Below, in pieces: positions 10,160-19,514 of a stretch of DNA of 64,000 nt. The notes below the pieces were generated by a model. It did not search any database. It worked only from the letters and a program-made list of their open reading frames with translations, and was not told where the DNA came from. The translations under genes were made by a program, and so were the position numbers. The stretch lies in NCBI GenBank assembly GCA_903855135.1, contig CAINYB010000007.1:8402-72401 (forward strand). The letters run 5' to 3'. Position 1 is the first letter of the stretch. Each line of letters begins with the position of its first letter. This DNA comes from an uncultured bacterium. GTDB taxonomy: Bacteria > Patescibacteriota > Patescibacteriia > UBA1558 > GWA2-36-10.

Positions 10160-11070
10160 CAGTTGCTCCTCTCCAAAAGCATTGGGCATGGGGAATTTGT
10201 ATTCAGACAAAATGAGATGTCTATACCAGTGTAGGTTTGGTAACAACAAAAAGTTGGAGAACACACCGTTGCCGGTTGTGCTAAGGTTTCTAGTTGGTGC
10301 CAGCTCTTCTGTTCAGTTATGTCAGCTAAATACAAGTCCGGCTTTGTGACGCCAGCTTCAGAACAAGCATAGACTAGGCCTTCGGCGCTTAAGTAGACCG
10401 ATGACAAATCAACTGTACACCTAATGTCAGGTTTTGATTTTTGGGTCATGCTACTAGCGAACTGACGTAGAATAGCTTGCTGATTGTGACTGAGTGCAAA
10501 CAAGTCTAATGACAACCTAGCCCGGCCAGCTAGGTTGATTTCAGAGACATGGACAAAGCTTGCTCCTAAGTGTCTAGCTAATTTAATTATCTTGTCCAGT
10601 TCGTAGTAGTTAACTGCCGAAACGGTGATATAAACCGAAACAGGAAGACTAGCGGACAACAAAGCAATTGCCTGGCAGACCTTATTAAAACTACCGAGCC
10701 CTCGAATTTTATCATGAGTTGCAGCTGAGGCGCCATCGAGACTGACGCCGATTGATTGAAGACAATTGGTTAATTTTCTGGCCTTAGAACCATCAATCAG
10801 CCAACCATTCGTGAGTAGTCCGATGTTGTCTATGCCAAATGCGTGGGCATGATTCAGGAGTTCAAATAGGTCTTGACGCATCAACGGTTCACCGCCAGTA
10901 ATCAGGAGTCTTTGCGCACCGAGTTGAATCATGTCTCCAATTGCTTGTTTGGCTTGTTTGGTAGTTAGACTGCGGCCACCGGAGTGGCCGCAGTCAGTTA
11001 TGCAATGGCGGCATAGGAGATTGCAGAGTCTTGTGATCTCCCAATGCCATTCATGGAAATGGTTTGACAC
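10159..11070 (-). CDS. Radical SAM enzyme with Cys-rich twitch-like C-terminus
   Basis: CNLLCRHC, TGGEP, VSLDG; GTG start with AGGAGG RBS. Confidence 0.92.
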   Translation of the reverse strand: MSNHFHEWHWEITRLCNLLCRHCITDCGHSGGRSLTTKQAKQAIGDMIQLGAQRLLITGGEPLMRQDLFELLNHAHAFGIDNIGLLTNGWLIDGSKARKLTNCLQSIGVSLDGASAATHDKIRGLGSFNKVCQAIALLSASLPVSVYITVSAVNYYELDKIIKLARHLGASFVHVSEINLAGRARLSLDLFALSHNQQAILRQFASSMTQKSKPDIRCTVDLSSVYLSAEGLVYACSEAGVTKPDLYLADITEQKSWHQLETLAQPATVCSPTFCCYQTYTGIDISFCLNTNSPCPMLLERSN

Positions 11071-11089
11071 TGCAGTTGCCTCCTGTTCG

Positions 11090-12385
11090 TTAGACCGCTT
11101 TTAGAGCATTGACTGCAATCAACTTGCTGACCAATGATCGTATTTCTGGTTCGCTAACAAAATCCAAAAAGGCCGCTATCAACTCAGCTTCATCACATTC
11201 AGCTTGAGTGATAATGTGCTGGATGATTCTGGCTGTAAGTTCGTCAAGTTGAATGGTTTGATAACGAGTTACTAGATAGACTTCGGCGTGAAAACTATTG
11301 AGCTTGGTGAAAGTGTCAGGGACTAATCGGCGATATTCAGTAGTAAAAGTTTCCGGTAAGTCCAGCGGTTCCGGCAGTCTATTGACAATCGGCTGACGCA
11401 AATTTGGATTTTCGCGGATAGCGTAATCAATACAAAAACCCGTCGAGCAACTACAATCGACTTTGCAGCCACAAAGGCAATCGGTGACAACTGGACATGA
11501 CAAACATGGTTCAGTCACCCAAGACAGTTTTCTAAACTCATCAAGTTGGCTTTTTGCCCAGATTTTTTGGATTGGTTCATCTAGGATATTGCCGTAGATA
11601 ATCTCTGATTGATTGCAAATGCGAACATCTCCATCAGGGTTGATTGCAGCAAAAGTGATGCCCACGCCACAATTAGCAGTCATTCTTTCTGACAGCAGTC
11701 GATTGTCTAGACAGTATGGTATAGCCGTGCCAAAACCAACAGCAATACCAAAGTCATCACGAGCCCGAATCATCTGACTCAACGCGACTTTGAATTGCTC
11801 AAGAGAAGGTTTCAACTCAGTGGAACTTTGGCTACCCAAACCACCATCTTCAAATCGATCGACGAAAACAGATTCCATGCCTAACTGATGGGCCTTAGCA
11901 ATGATGTTGTAGATCTGATCGTAGTTCCAGGCGGTTAAAACCGGGATACATCGGACATCAAAACCAGCAGCTACATAACTCTCAATAGTTCTGATGGTTT
12001 GCTTGTATCCACCAAAACGTCGAGTGTGCCGCTCGTGTACACCCTCATCACCATGAAGTGGTACTCCAATACAGGCTAATTTATTTGACAAATCAATCAG
12101 ATTGCGGACTCCGTTAGTAACAATGGTAACAGAAGAACGTTGAGCTAGAAGCTCAATGTATTCGTTAAGCTGCCTCACTCCAAGTAACGATGGTTCTCCA
12201 CCAATAAGATAGACGTGAGGAACCCATGATTCGTAAATGGAATGAACAATTCTGTCCATTTTAGTCTTGTTAAAAGGTTGCTCTCGTCTTGGGTTGTAAC
12301 AAAACACACAGTTGCAGTTGCAACCGTACGTAGTTTCAATGTGGACGAGGTGAGGAACACTCGGTATCTCTAGTTTTTGCATCAT
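11090..12385 (-). CDS. Radical SAM/SPASM enzyme with C-terminal RRE (PqqD-like) domain
   Basis: CNCNCVFC (CxxxCxxC), GGEP, SPASM CGVG...GDVRIC...CLSCPVVTDCLCGC; the last ~75 aa show a beta-strands-then-helices pattern. Confidence 0.88.
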   Translation of the reverse strand: MMQKLEIPSVPHLVHIETTYGCNCNCVFCYNPRREQPFNKTKMDRIVHSIYESWVPHVYLIGGEPSLLGVRQLNEYIELLAQRSSVTIVTNGVRNLIDLSNKLACIGVPLHGDEGVHERHTRRFGGYKQTIRTIESYVAAGFDVRCIPVLTAWNYDQIYNIIAKAHQLGMESVFVDRFEDGGLGSQSSTELKPSLEQFKVALSQMIRARDDFGIAVGFGTAIPYCLDNRLLSERMTANCGVGITFAAINPDGDVRICNQSEIIYGNILDEPIQKIWAKSQLDEFRKLSWVTEPCLSCPVVTDCLCGCKVDCSCSTGFCIDYAIRENPNLRQPIVNRLPEPLDLPETFTTEYRRLVPDTFTKLNSFHAEVYLVTRYQTIQLDELTARIIQHIITQAECDEAELIAAFLDFVSEPEIRSLVSKLIAVNALKAV

Positions 12386-12389
12386 GCAC

Positions 12390-12695
12390 CTACCTTCTTG
12401 GGTTTTGAGCTATTTGTAAAATAGCCTCAAATGAATCTTTTGCTGACGCTCGGTTACGCTTGCTTACTTTGCAACGAGTGCAATGATGTGTGATGATATA
12501 GCCATCGGATTTGTTCTCAATTGAAATCGGCTCCATCAGACCACCGCACTGGTTTTCGCGATCACCAGGATCATTGTCAACATGCTTACTGTAAAGGCAG
12601 CTTGGACAATGGTTAGTGTACCCATCGCCTGTAACTTGCGTTCCACAGTGTTCACATGTGAAGTTCTCCTGGCGACGTGTAAAACGTTTTGCCAC
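12390..12695 (-). CDS. RNHCP-domain zinc-binding protein (start refined to GTG 12695)
   Basis: FTCEHCG...TNHCPSCLYSKHVDNDPGDR...CGGLMEPI...HHCTRC; AAGGAGG RBS. Confidence 0.88.
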   Translation of the reverse strand: MAKRFTRRQENFTCEHCGTQVTGDGYTNHCPSCLYSKHVDNDPGDRENQCGGLMEPISIENKSDGYIITHHCTRCKVSKRNRASAKDSFEAILQIAQNPRR

Positions 12696-12782
12696 TATGC
12701 TGCCTCCTTTTTTGTCAATGAACTCCACAGCCGTCTTTCTTCAAAGCCGTCTTTGAATTTCAATACGGCTGTCATTAATTTA

Positions 12783-12810
12783 ATTATACTCTTTTATAAA
12801 TTTGTGTCAA
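12783..12810 (-). promoter_or_regulatory. Sigma70 promoter of the radical SAM operon
   Basis: TTGACA-16-TATAAT on the minus strand. Confidence 0.75.
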
Positions 12811-12894
12811 GAAAACACCTCCCGCCTATGGCGGGAGGTGTTTTGAAGATGACGTCAACGATCAATTAAACAATTGATTAAACTAAAAATTTTT

Positions 12895-13713
12895 CTAACT
12901 CCTAATATTAATCAAATTACCACTAGAATATTTTTTTAATCCCCTATTATAAATAAAGATAGTTATGATAAAAAAGATAATACTAAAAATAACAACATAA
13001 ATAAATTTGTCTAAAGCAAAAGTTTGTAATAGCTCGGCTGGTAAAAAAGTAGCAAAGCCAGCAGGAATGACAAAGAAAATAAAAAATTTTAAAAAACCCT
13101 GTACTACTGAAGATGGATTACTAGAAAAAGCAATAAAAGCATGCATGAGATTATTATGTAATACTTCATTACGACCAAGCCAAAAGCTTAATGATCCAAC
13201 TAGAATATAAAAACTTAATAAAATTAAACTAGAAAAAAACCAACCGACTATCAACCAAACACATGAATATAAGGTAAGAGGAAAAAATAAGACAAAAGCT
13301 AATAAAGCAAATATCAAGTCACCCCAAGCGGACAAATCAGTTTTACTTACCAGGGCATGCAAAAGATGATTTTTAGGAAAAGTAAAATAAAAATCTAAAC
13401 CACCATTACTAATTATTTTACCTAAATTATTAGCATTACCAAAAATAGCATTTACCCAACCAAAGCTACCAGCAGCAAAAATCCAAATAGCGATCATTTC
13501 CTGAAAACCAAAACCATTGAGCTTACCAAAGTGTTCAAAGAAAAAATACCATAACAGCAAAAACATCGTATCATTGATGATCATAAAAAATACCTGACTA
13601 AAAAAATTGAAACGAAACTCCATCGCTGAAGCGAGGTTATATTTGGTGTAAAATAAAACAAAATCAAAATTTTTAGCCACCGTTGATATTAACTTTTTTG
13701 ATTCCTTGAGCAT
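12895..13713 (-). CDS. ABC-2 family transporter permease
   Basis: Hydrophobic, GGLDFYFTFP motif, overlaps the upstream permease. Confidence 0.85.
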   Translation of the reverse strand: MLKESKKLISTVAKNFDFVLFYTKYNLASAMEFRFNFFSQVFFMIINDTMFLLLWYFFFEHFGKLNGFGFQEMIAIWIFAAGSFGWVNAIFGNANNLGKIISNGGLDFYFTFPKNHLLHALVSKTDLSAWGDLIFALLAFVLFFPLTLYSCVWLIVGWFFSSLILLSFYILVGSLSFWLGRNEVLHNNLMHAFIAFSSNPSSVVQGFLKFFIFFVIPAGFATFLPAELLQTFALDKFIYVVIFSIIFFIITIFIYNRGLKKYSSGNLINIRS

Positions 13714-14494
13714 AAACTATTTTAATTAAAACTATAAAAATAAAAATCCAAATTGTTTGCCTGAGCACTAAAGCCTGCCAGTAAGCTAAATCAAAATTCA
13801 CAAATGTTCTCGCTGGCCCATATAAAATACCTTCAAATGGTAAATAATGGAGAATTTTTTGTAAAAATATTGGGTAAACATCTAGTGGAAATAATAAACC
13901 CCCACCAATAAAAAGTATTTTTTGGTAAATAAAACGCATCGAATCTACATCCTCTACCCAAAAAGCTAACAAGCTACACGTAGCCGAAACTAGAAAATTT
14001 AAAACTAAAGCTAAGATAATAGCTATGATCACCGCAAAAATAATAAACAAATTTAAACTTGGTAATTTAATAAAACAGATTAAAACCAAAACTCCAACAA
14101 ATAATTTAGTAATAAAATTTATAAAAGTCTTGCCTAAAATCGAGCCAAAATAATAACCCACAAAACTATAAGGCTTCGCCAAAGCATAGGCAACATTGCC
14201 ACTTTTTATTTCTTCACCAATTTCCCCGATAATACTAGGATTAGACGTCAAAATGAGCTCTGTCATAAATACATACCAAATCATTCCTGCCAGACTAAAG
14301 CCTGAGATGATTTTGTCTGGCTGATTAGCATATACCACTCGCCACACACCACTCATCACTAAGGTAATCAGTAAAATAAAAATATTGGAATACAACAATT
14401 CTAAAGGATAGGCCAATCTGTCCATCACAGAGACCTTGAAAATGCTAAAATATTTATTTAATTTTCTGTAAATTTTGTTCATAGATATTAGCAA
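13673..14494 (-). CDS. ABC-2 family transporter permease
   Basis: EIKSGNVAYALAKP, GGLLFPLDVYP. Confidence 0.85.
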   Translation of the reverse strand: MLISMNKIYRKLNKYFSIFKVSVMDRLAYPLELLYSNIFILLITLVMSGVWRVVYANQPDKIISGFSLAGMIWYVFMTELILTSNPSIIGEIGEEIKSGNVAYALAKPYSFVGYYFGSILGKTFINFITKLFVGVLVLICFIKLPSLNLFIIFAVIIAIILALVLNFLVSATCSLLAFWVEDVDSMRFIYQKILFIGGGLLFPLDVYPIFLQKILHYLPFEGILYGPARTFVNFDLAYWQALVLRQTIWIFIFIVLIKIVYAQGIKKVNINGG

Positions 14495-15455
14495 TTATTT
14501 CTTCCATCGGCATTTCAGCAATAGTAATATCGGCTATTTGGTAAATATTTAATAATTTATCTATCACTTCTTTGACGCTAATTTTTTTAATATCAACTTC
14601 TAGTTTTAAACTTAGTTTATCTTGAGCTAAAATTTTCACGCCTCTTAAATTTAATTTTTCACTGGCATGATTATCAGCTAACTCTAAATCAATCAATTTA
14701 TACCAAGCATATTTATCTTTAAAATTTTTGACTGTGCCATCAAAAATGACCCTACCCCTATCAATGACAATTACTCTATCCGCAATCTTCTCTAGATCAC
14801 CAGCATCATGAGAAGTGATAAAAATTGTTGTCTCCTCTTCTTTGTTCATCAAATTTAAAACTTCTCTGAGCTGTTGTTTGGCTACCACATCCAAACCGAT
14901 AGTTGGTTCGTCTAAAAATAATATTTTTGGCTGGTGGATCAAAGATGCGATCATTTCGCAACGCATTCTTTGTCCTAAAGATAATTTTCTTACTGGTTGA
15001 TTGACAAACTCCCTAACTTGAAATTTATCGATCAAAAAATTTAAACGCTTTTGAAATTTAGCTTGATCAAGCTCATAAATCTTGCCAAATAAATAAAAAG
15101 TATCCATCGCTGGCAAGTGATACCAGAGCTGTGGCTTTTGTCCAAACACTGTGCCGATTTTAAAAGCCAACTTTTTTCTATCTTGCCAAGGCACTAAATT
15201 ATCAACTCTAATCTCACCAGAGCTAGGATACAAAATACCAGTCAACATTTTTATAGTCGTTGACTTACCAGCACCATTTGGACCAATAAAAGCAACTTTC
15301 TCACCTTTAGCCACGCTAAAGCTGATATTATCCACTGCTTTCATCTGTTGATATTCTGGCTTAAACAAAGCTTTCAAACTATTACGAAAACCACTTAACT
15401 TGATTTTGCTAGTAAACTCTTTGTTTAAATTTTTCACTTCAATAATCTTTTCCAT
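14454..15455 (-). CDS. ABC transporter ATP-binding protein
   Basis: GPNGAGKST Walker A, LSLGQ signature, LFLDEPT Walker B. Confidence 0.95.
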   Translation of the reverse strand: MEKIIEVKNLNKEFTSKIKLSGFRNSLKALFKPEYQQMKAVDNISFSVAKGEKVAFIGPNGAGKSTTIKMLTGILYPSSGEIRVDNLVPWQDRKKLAFKIGTVFGQKPQLWYHLPAMDTFYLFGKIYELDQAKFQKRLNFLIDKFQVREFVNQPVRKLSLGQRMRCEMIASLIHQPKILFLDEPTIGLDVVAKQQLREVLNLMNKEEETTIFITSHDAGDLEKIADRVIVIDRGRVIFDGTVKNFKDKYAWYKLIDLELADNHASEKLNLRGVKILAQDKLSLKLEVDIKKISVKEVIDKLLNIYQIADITIAEMPMEEIIANIYEQNLQKIK

Positions 15456-15517
15456 ATATTTTGCTTTTATTCTACTCTACTCCGCCTGCGGCGGAGTAAT
15501 CACAGACTTAATTTATC

Positions 15518-15676
15518 TAAAAAGTCGCCCAAGATTTTGGCCGACTTTTTGTTAATTTGCTATGGTTTTTAAATATTTATGAAAAAATATCATATAACAA
15601 AAAGTCTGCTCCAAAAGTCTTCAACAATAGTTGGATAAGAGGCGTGCAAACACATTTTGTTACTTAATTTATTCAT
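15518..15676 (-). promoter_or_regulatory. Leader-peptide attenuator (28-aa uORF 15590-15676 plus terminator/antiterminator)
   Basis: uORF MNKLSNKMCLHASYPTIVEDFWSRLFVI; terminator stem 15519-15550; 12-bp perfect alternative pairing with the uORF 3' end. Confidence 0.65.
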
Positions 15677-15715
15677 ACAATTTAACCTTAGTATAATAGA
15701 ACTTTTTTGTCAAAT

Positions 15716-16069
15716 CTAATTACTTTTCCTAATAATTACTGACTTAAAAAACTTTTCCTGAAAATTAGTTAATCTTTGAATTTCTTCATCAGTAAAGTCT
15801 TTTATATTTTCTGGAATAACTATTAATTTATCATCGTCATCATCTAAACGATGAATTATTGCAATACATTTACCCCCCACTCTATCCAATGGCTGATCAA
15901 CACCTAAAAAATAAGCATCCAGCTCTTCACCATCACCACTTACAGTATTCGGTACATATCCATAATTTACTTCATAAATAAAATCATGTTTCGGGTGTTT
16001 AGCACCTAATGGCCTGTCAATAATCAAATCAACATTTTTTTCTAAATAATTTTCTGCTAAACTTGGCAT
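15716..16069 (-). CDS. ppa: Inorganic pyrophosphatase (short family I type)
   Basis: YEVNYGYVPNT, DGEELD, DDKLI motifs. Confidence 0.8.
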   Translation of the reverse strand: MPSLAENYLEKNVDLIIDRPLGAKHPKHDFIYEVNYGYVPNTVSGDGEELDAYFLGVDQPLDRVGGKCIAIIHRLDDDDDKLIVIPENIKDFTDEEIQRLTNFQEKFFKSVIIRKSN

Positions 16070-16075
16070 AAATAA

Positions 16076-16573
16076 TTATTTAATTATCTCTCTTATTGTT
16101 GATAGCGGCAAAGATTTACCAGCTAAATAATCATTAATAGCTACAAAAGCTCTTTTATCAATAAAATCTTTTTGTTTTAATTTTTGTAATTCAGCTTTAC
16201 TAAACAATTTACAATCATTGATATTTTCCTGGTAAATTTTTTGCTTATCTTTAGAGCTAATTTTGACTGTATCTTTACCAACAACTTTACACAAAAAATT
16301 AAACTGCAAGCGAATCTTTTTATTTTCTCTTAAATAAACAAAATTTAATAATTTTTCTACTTTGACTTTAACGTTTATTTCTTCTTTACACTCTCTCACA
16401 GCCGTATCTAATAAACTTTTATCTAATTTTGGATCAAAAGTACCTTTAACAATATTCCAAAGATATTTTTCTTTAGTCCGCCTTTGGTGGGTACTTTGAC
16501 CTCTTTCTGAAATTAAAAAAAGACCATCGTCTTTTTTTACTAAAGCACCAACTTTTATCTGTATATCAAACAT
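16076..16573 (-). CDS. NUDIX hydrolase
   Basis: G...TAVRECKEEIN Nudix box. Confidence 0.8.
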   Translation of the reverse strand: MFDIQIKVGALVKKDDGLFLISERGQSTHQRRTKEKYLWNIVKGTFDPKLDKSLLDTAVRECKEEINVKVKVEKLLNFVYLRENKKIRLQFNFLCKVVGKDTVKISSKDKQKIYQENINDCKLFSKAELQKLKQKDFIDKRAFVAINDYLAGKSLPLSTIREIIK

Positions 16574-16576
16574 AAA

Positions 16577-17959
16577 CTAAATCTTCATCCTCATTGCTTT
16601 TTGACCACCAGCTGTATCCTCTACCTCCACTCCCAAACTTTGCAAACGCACACGTAAAGCATCAGACAAAGCCCAATCTTTATTATTTCTTGCTTGCTCA
16701 CGCTGTGTTAATAAATCTTTTTCTTCGGCTGATAAGCTTAAAATCTGCTTTTTTAGATTTTTTAAATCCAAGCCCAAAACTTCATCCATTTTATAAATAG
16801 TCGCCAGTTTCTCTTGATCACTCAAATTACTCGCTAAAACTTCTTGTAAAACGGCTACAGCTTGTGGAGTGTTTAAATCGTCAGCTAATGAAGAATAAAA
16901 TTTTTCTAAACTCACAGCATCTGCTTTGCCGCCGTCATCAAAATTTACAATAGTCTTTACTAGATTAACTAAAGCATTTTGCGCAGCTTCTAAAGCTTCC
17001 CAAGAAAAATTCAAACCCTTGCGGTAATGCGTCAATAAAACAAAATAACGATAAGAAAGTGGCGAAATATTTTTTTCTTTTAAATTTTCTATAGTAACGA
17101 AAGTGCCAGCTGATTTTGACATCTTGCCACCGGCAAACTTCAAAAATTCATTATGTAACCAATAGTTAGCTTGCAATTTGCTAGTTGCAGCAAAACTTTG
17201 AGCCATTTCATTGGGATGGTGAATCGGTAAATGATCGATACCACCAGTATGGATATCAAAAGTATCACCCAAATACATCTGGCTCATAACCGAACACTCA
17301 AGGTGCCAGCCAGGAAAGCCTTTGCCCCAAGGTGAATCCCACTCCATGTCTCTTTGAGCATCAAGTGGTGAAAACTTCCACACGGCAAAATCAGTGATAT
17401 TTTTTTTCTCCGGATTTATTTCTACTCTTGCACCAGCTTGTAAATCAATATTTTGAATATTGGCGATTTTGCCATAATCAGAGATTTTGCTAGTATCAAA
17501 ATATAAACCATCGGAAATCTTATACAAAAAGCCTTTTGCTTCTAAAATTTTGACAAATTCAATTTGCTCTTTGATAGTATCCGTTGCTCTGACAAAATGT
17601 GTCGGTTCTAAAATATTTAGCTCTTTTAAACTATCTTTAAAATCTTGAATAAAAAATTCCGCAATCTCCCAAGCATTTTTCCCTTCCCTTTTCGCCGCTT
17701 TTTCAAGCTTATCTTCTCCATTATCTGCATCAGATACCAAGTGCCCAACGTCAGTCAAGTTCATAATATGATTAACTGCAAAATTCTGGGAAAGCAAAAA
17801 TCTTTTTAAAATATCCCAAGTAAGATAAGCACGAAAATTACCGATATGAGGATAGCCATAAACAGTTGGCCCGCAAGTGTATAGACCAACTTGATTATTT
17901 TCGATTGGTTTAAACTCCTCTTTTACTTTAGTTAAACTGTTATTGAGATAAATTTGCAT
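16577..17959 (-). CDS. cysS: Cysteine--tRNA ligase (start refined to ATG 17959)
   Basis: YTCGPTVY, HIGN, PGWHLECS, KMSKS. Confidence 0.97.
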   Translation of the reverse strand: MQIYLNNSLTKVKEEFKPIENNQVGLYTCGPTVYGYPHIGNFRAYLTWDILKRFLLSQNFAVNHIMNLTDVGHLVSDADNGEDKLEKAAKREGKNAWEIAEFFIQDFKDSLKELNILEPTHFVRATDTIKEQIEFVKILEAKGFLYKISDGLYFDTSKISDYGKIANIQNIDLQAGARVEINPEKKNITDFAVWKFSPLDAQRDMEWDSPWGKGFPGWHLECSVMSQMYLGDTFDIHTGGIDHLPIHHPNEMAQSFAATSKLQANYWLHNEFLKFAGGKMSKSAGTFVTIENLKEKNISPLSYRYFVLLTHYRKGLNFSWEALEAAQNALVNLVKTIVNFDDGGKADAVSLEKFYSSLADDLNTPQAVAVLQEVLASNLSDQEKLATIYKMDEVLGLDLKNLKKQILSLSAEEKDLLTQREQARNNKDWALSDALRVRLQSLGVEVEDTAGGQKAMRMKI

Positions 17960-18047
17960 AAATTTTCTTGTTATCTGTATTTTAGCTAAAAAACCAAGAA
18001 AAAGCAAAAACCGCTCATTCAGAGCGGCTGCTATTTTTTAAAATATT

Positions 18048-18359
18048 CTATGCTTGTTCGGCCATAATTTCTTTGACTAAAGGTCGTAATTCAGATCTAT
18101 AAACCACTCGATCGAGTCTTAGCTCTATTCTGTCTAACCTTCCTTCTACCTTATCTAATCTCCCGTCTACTTGATTAAATCTTTCATCTACCTCGTTAAA
18201 TCTTCTATCTACGTCGCTAGCCAAGACAGAAACTGCCTCGGCGACTTCTTGAACTGAACCGGAAAGTTCTTGGACTGAGCCAGAGAGTTTTTGAACTGAA
18301 CCGGAAAGTTCTTGGACTGAGCCCAAGATCTCTTGATTTGTTATTTCACTTTTCTTCAT
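18048..18359 (-). CDS. Heptad-repeat coiled-coil protein
   Basis: (S)GSVQ(E/K)L x4 and VDxRLDx-type heptads; 21/42-bp DNA tandem repeat 18245-18323. Confidence 0.75.
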   Translation of the reverse strand: MKKSEITNQEILGSVQELSGSVQKLSGSVQELSGSVQEVAEAVSVLASDVDRRFNEVDERFNQVDGRLDKVEGRLDRIELRLDRVVYRSELRPLVKEIMAEQA

Positions 18360-18410
18360 AGTGTTTTTTGTTAATTATTTATTAAATCCAGTATAAATGA
18401 ATTTAAAATT

Positions 18411-19412
18411 TTAAGCAATATTACCGGCCATATCTACCAAACGATTGGCGTAGCCCCATTCATTATCATACCAAGCAATGACTTTGACCATATTGCCATC
18501 TACTACTTGTGTCAAAGACAAGTCAACGATTGATGAACGTGCATCACCGATAAAGTCTGAAGAAACTACTGGCTTATCGGTCACACCTAAAATATTTACT
18601 AATTCTTTGCTTTTGCTAGCCTTGATCAAAGCGTTATTTACTTGTTGCACGGTAACATTTTTCTTTAATAAAAAAGTAAAGTCAGCTAAAGAAACCACTG
18701 GAGTTGGGACACGAATAGCTAAACCATCAAACAAACCATTGAGCTCTGGTATCACTTGTCCTAAAGCACTTGCTGCACCTGTAGAGGTCGGGATGATATT
18801 TTGTCCAGCTGTTCTGCCACGACGCAAATCTTTGTGTGGACCATCGACTAAAGTCTGATCAGCGGTATAGGAATGAATAGTAGTCATCATGGCTTTTTGA
18901 ATGCCAAAAGTTTTGGATAAAACATGAGCTACCGGTGCGATACAATTAGTCGTGCAAGAAGCATTAGATACTACTGTTTGATTTTTATAAGCTTTGTTAT
19001 TAACACCAATTAAAAAAGTCGGCGTGGCTGCACCTTTAGCTGGAGCAGAAATGATCACTCTTTTAGCACCAGCTTTTAGATGCAAAGCTGCCATTTCACC
19101 CTGAACAAATCTACCAGTACATTCTAGCACCACATCCACACCTAGTTTTTTCCAAGGCAATTTATTTGGCTCTGGCACCGCGGTAATCAAATACTTTTTG
19201 TTATTTACTACGAGATAATTACCAGAGGCTGAAACTTTACCGGGAAATTTACGATAAACAGTATCATATTGTAATAAATAAGCTAAAGTTTCCACTGGCG
19301 CCAAATCATTGATGGCGACTACTTCGTATTTTTTGCTTTTGAGCATGATTTTAAAAGCTGCTCGACCAATGCGACCAAAGCCATTGATACTTACTTTGAT
19401 TTTTTGTGCCAT
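18411..19412 (-). CDS. gap: Type I glyceraldehyde-3-phosphate dehydrogenase
   Basis: INGFGRIGR, SNASCTTNC, WYDNEWGY. Confidence 0.98.
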   Translation of the reverse strand: MAQKIKVSINGFGRIGRAAFKIMLKSKKYEVVAINDLAPVETLAYLLQYDTVYRKFPGKVSASGNYLVVNNKKYLITAVPEPNKLPWKKLGVDVVLECTGRFVQGEMAALHLKAGAKRVIISAPAKGAATPTFLIGVNNKAYKNQTVVSNASCTTNCIAPVAHVLSKTFGIQKAMMTTIHSYTADQTLVDGPHKDLRRGRTAGQNIIPTSTGAASALGQVIPELNGLFDGLAIRVPTPVVSLADFTFLLKKNVTVQQVNNALIKASKSKELVNILGVTDKPVVSSDFIGDARSSIVDLSLTQVVDGNMVKVIAWYDNEWGYANRLVDMAGNIA

Positions 19413-19514
19413 AAATATTTATTTAAAAATTACATAAGTATTATAACAAAAAAAGCTGTTTTTGACCAAAAATACAGATTTGCTATTTTTGAAAGATTAA
19501 ATTAAGATAAATTT

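Noticed and set aside
12895-15455. ABC transporter as a definite part of the RiPP cluster
   Set aside because: It has host-like AT-rich composition, its own leader, and a terminator-like hairpin plus separate promoter between it and the cluster. A link is possible but unsupported.
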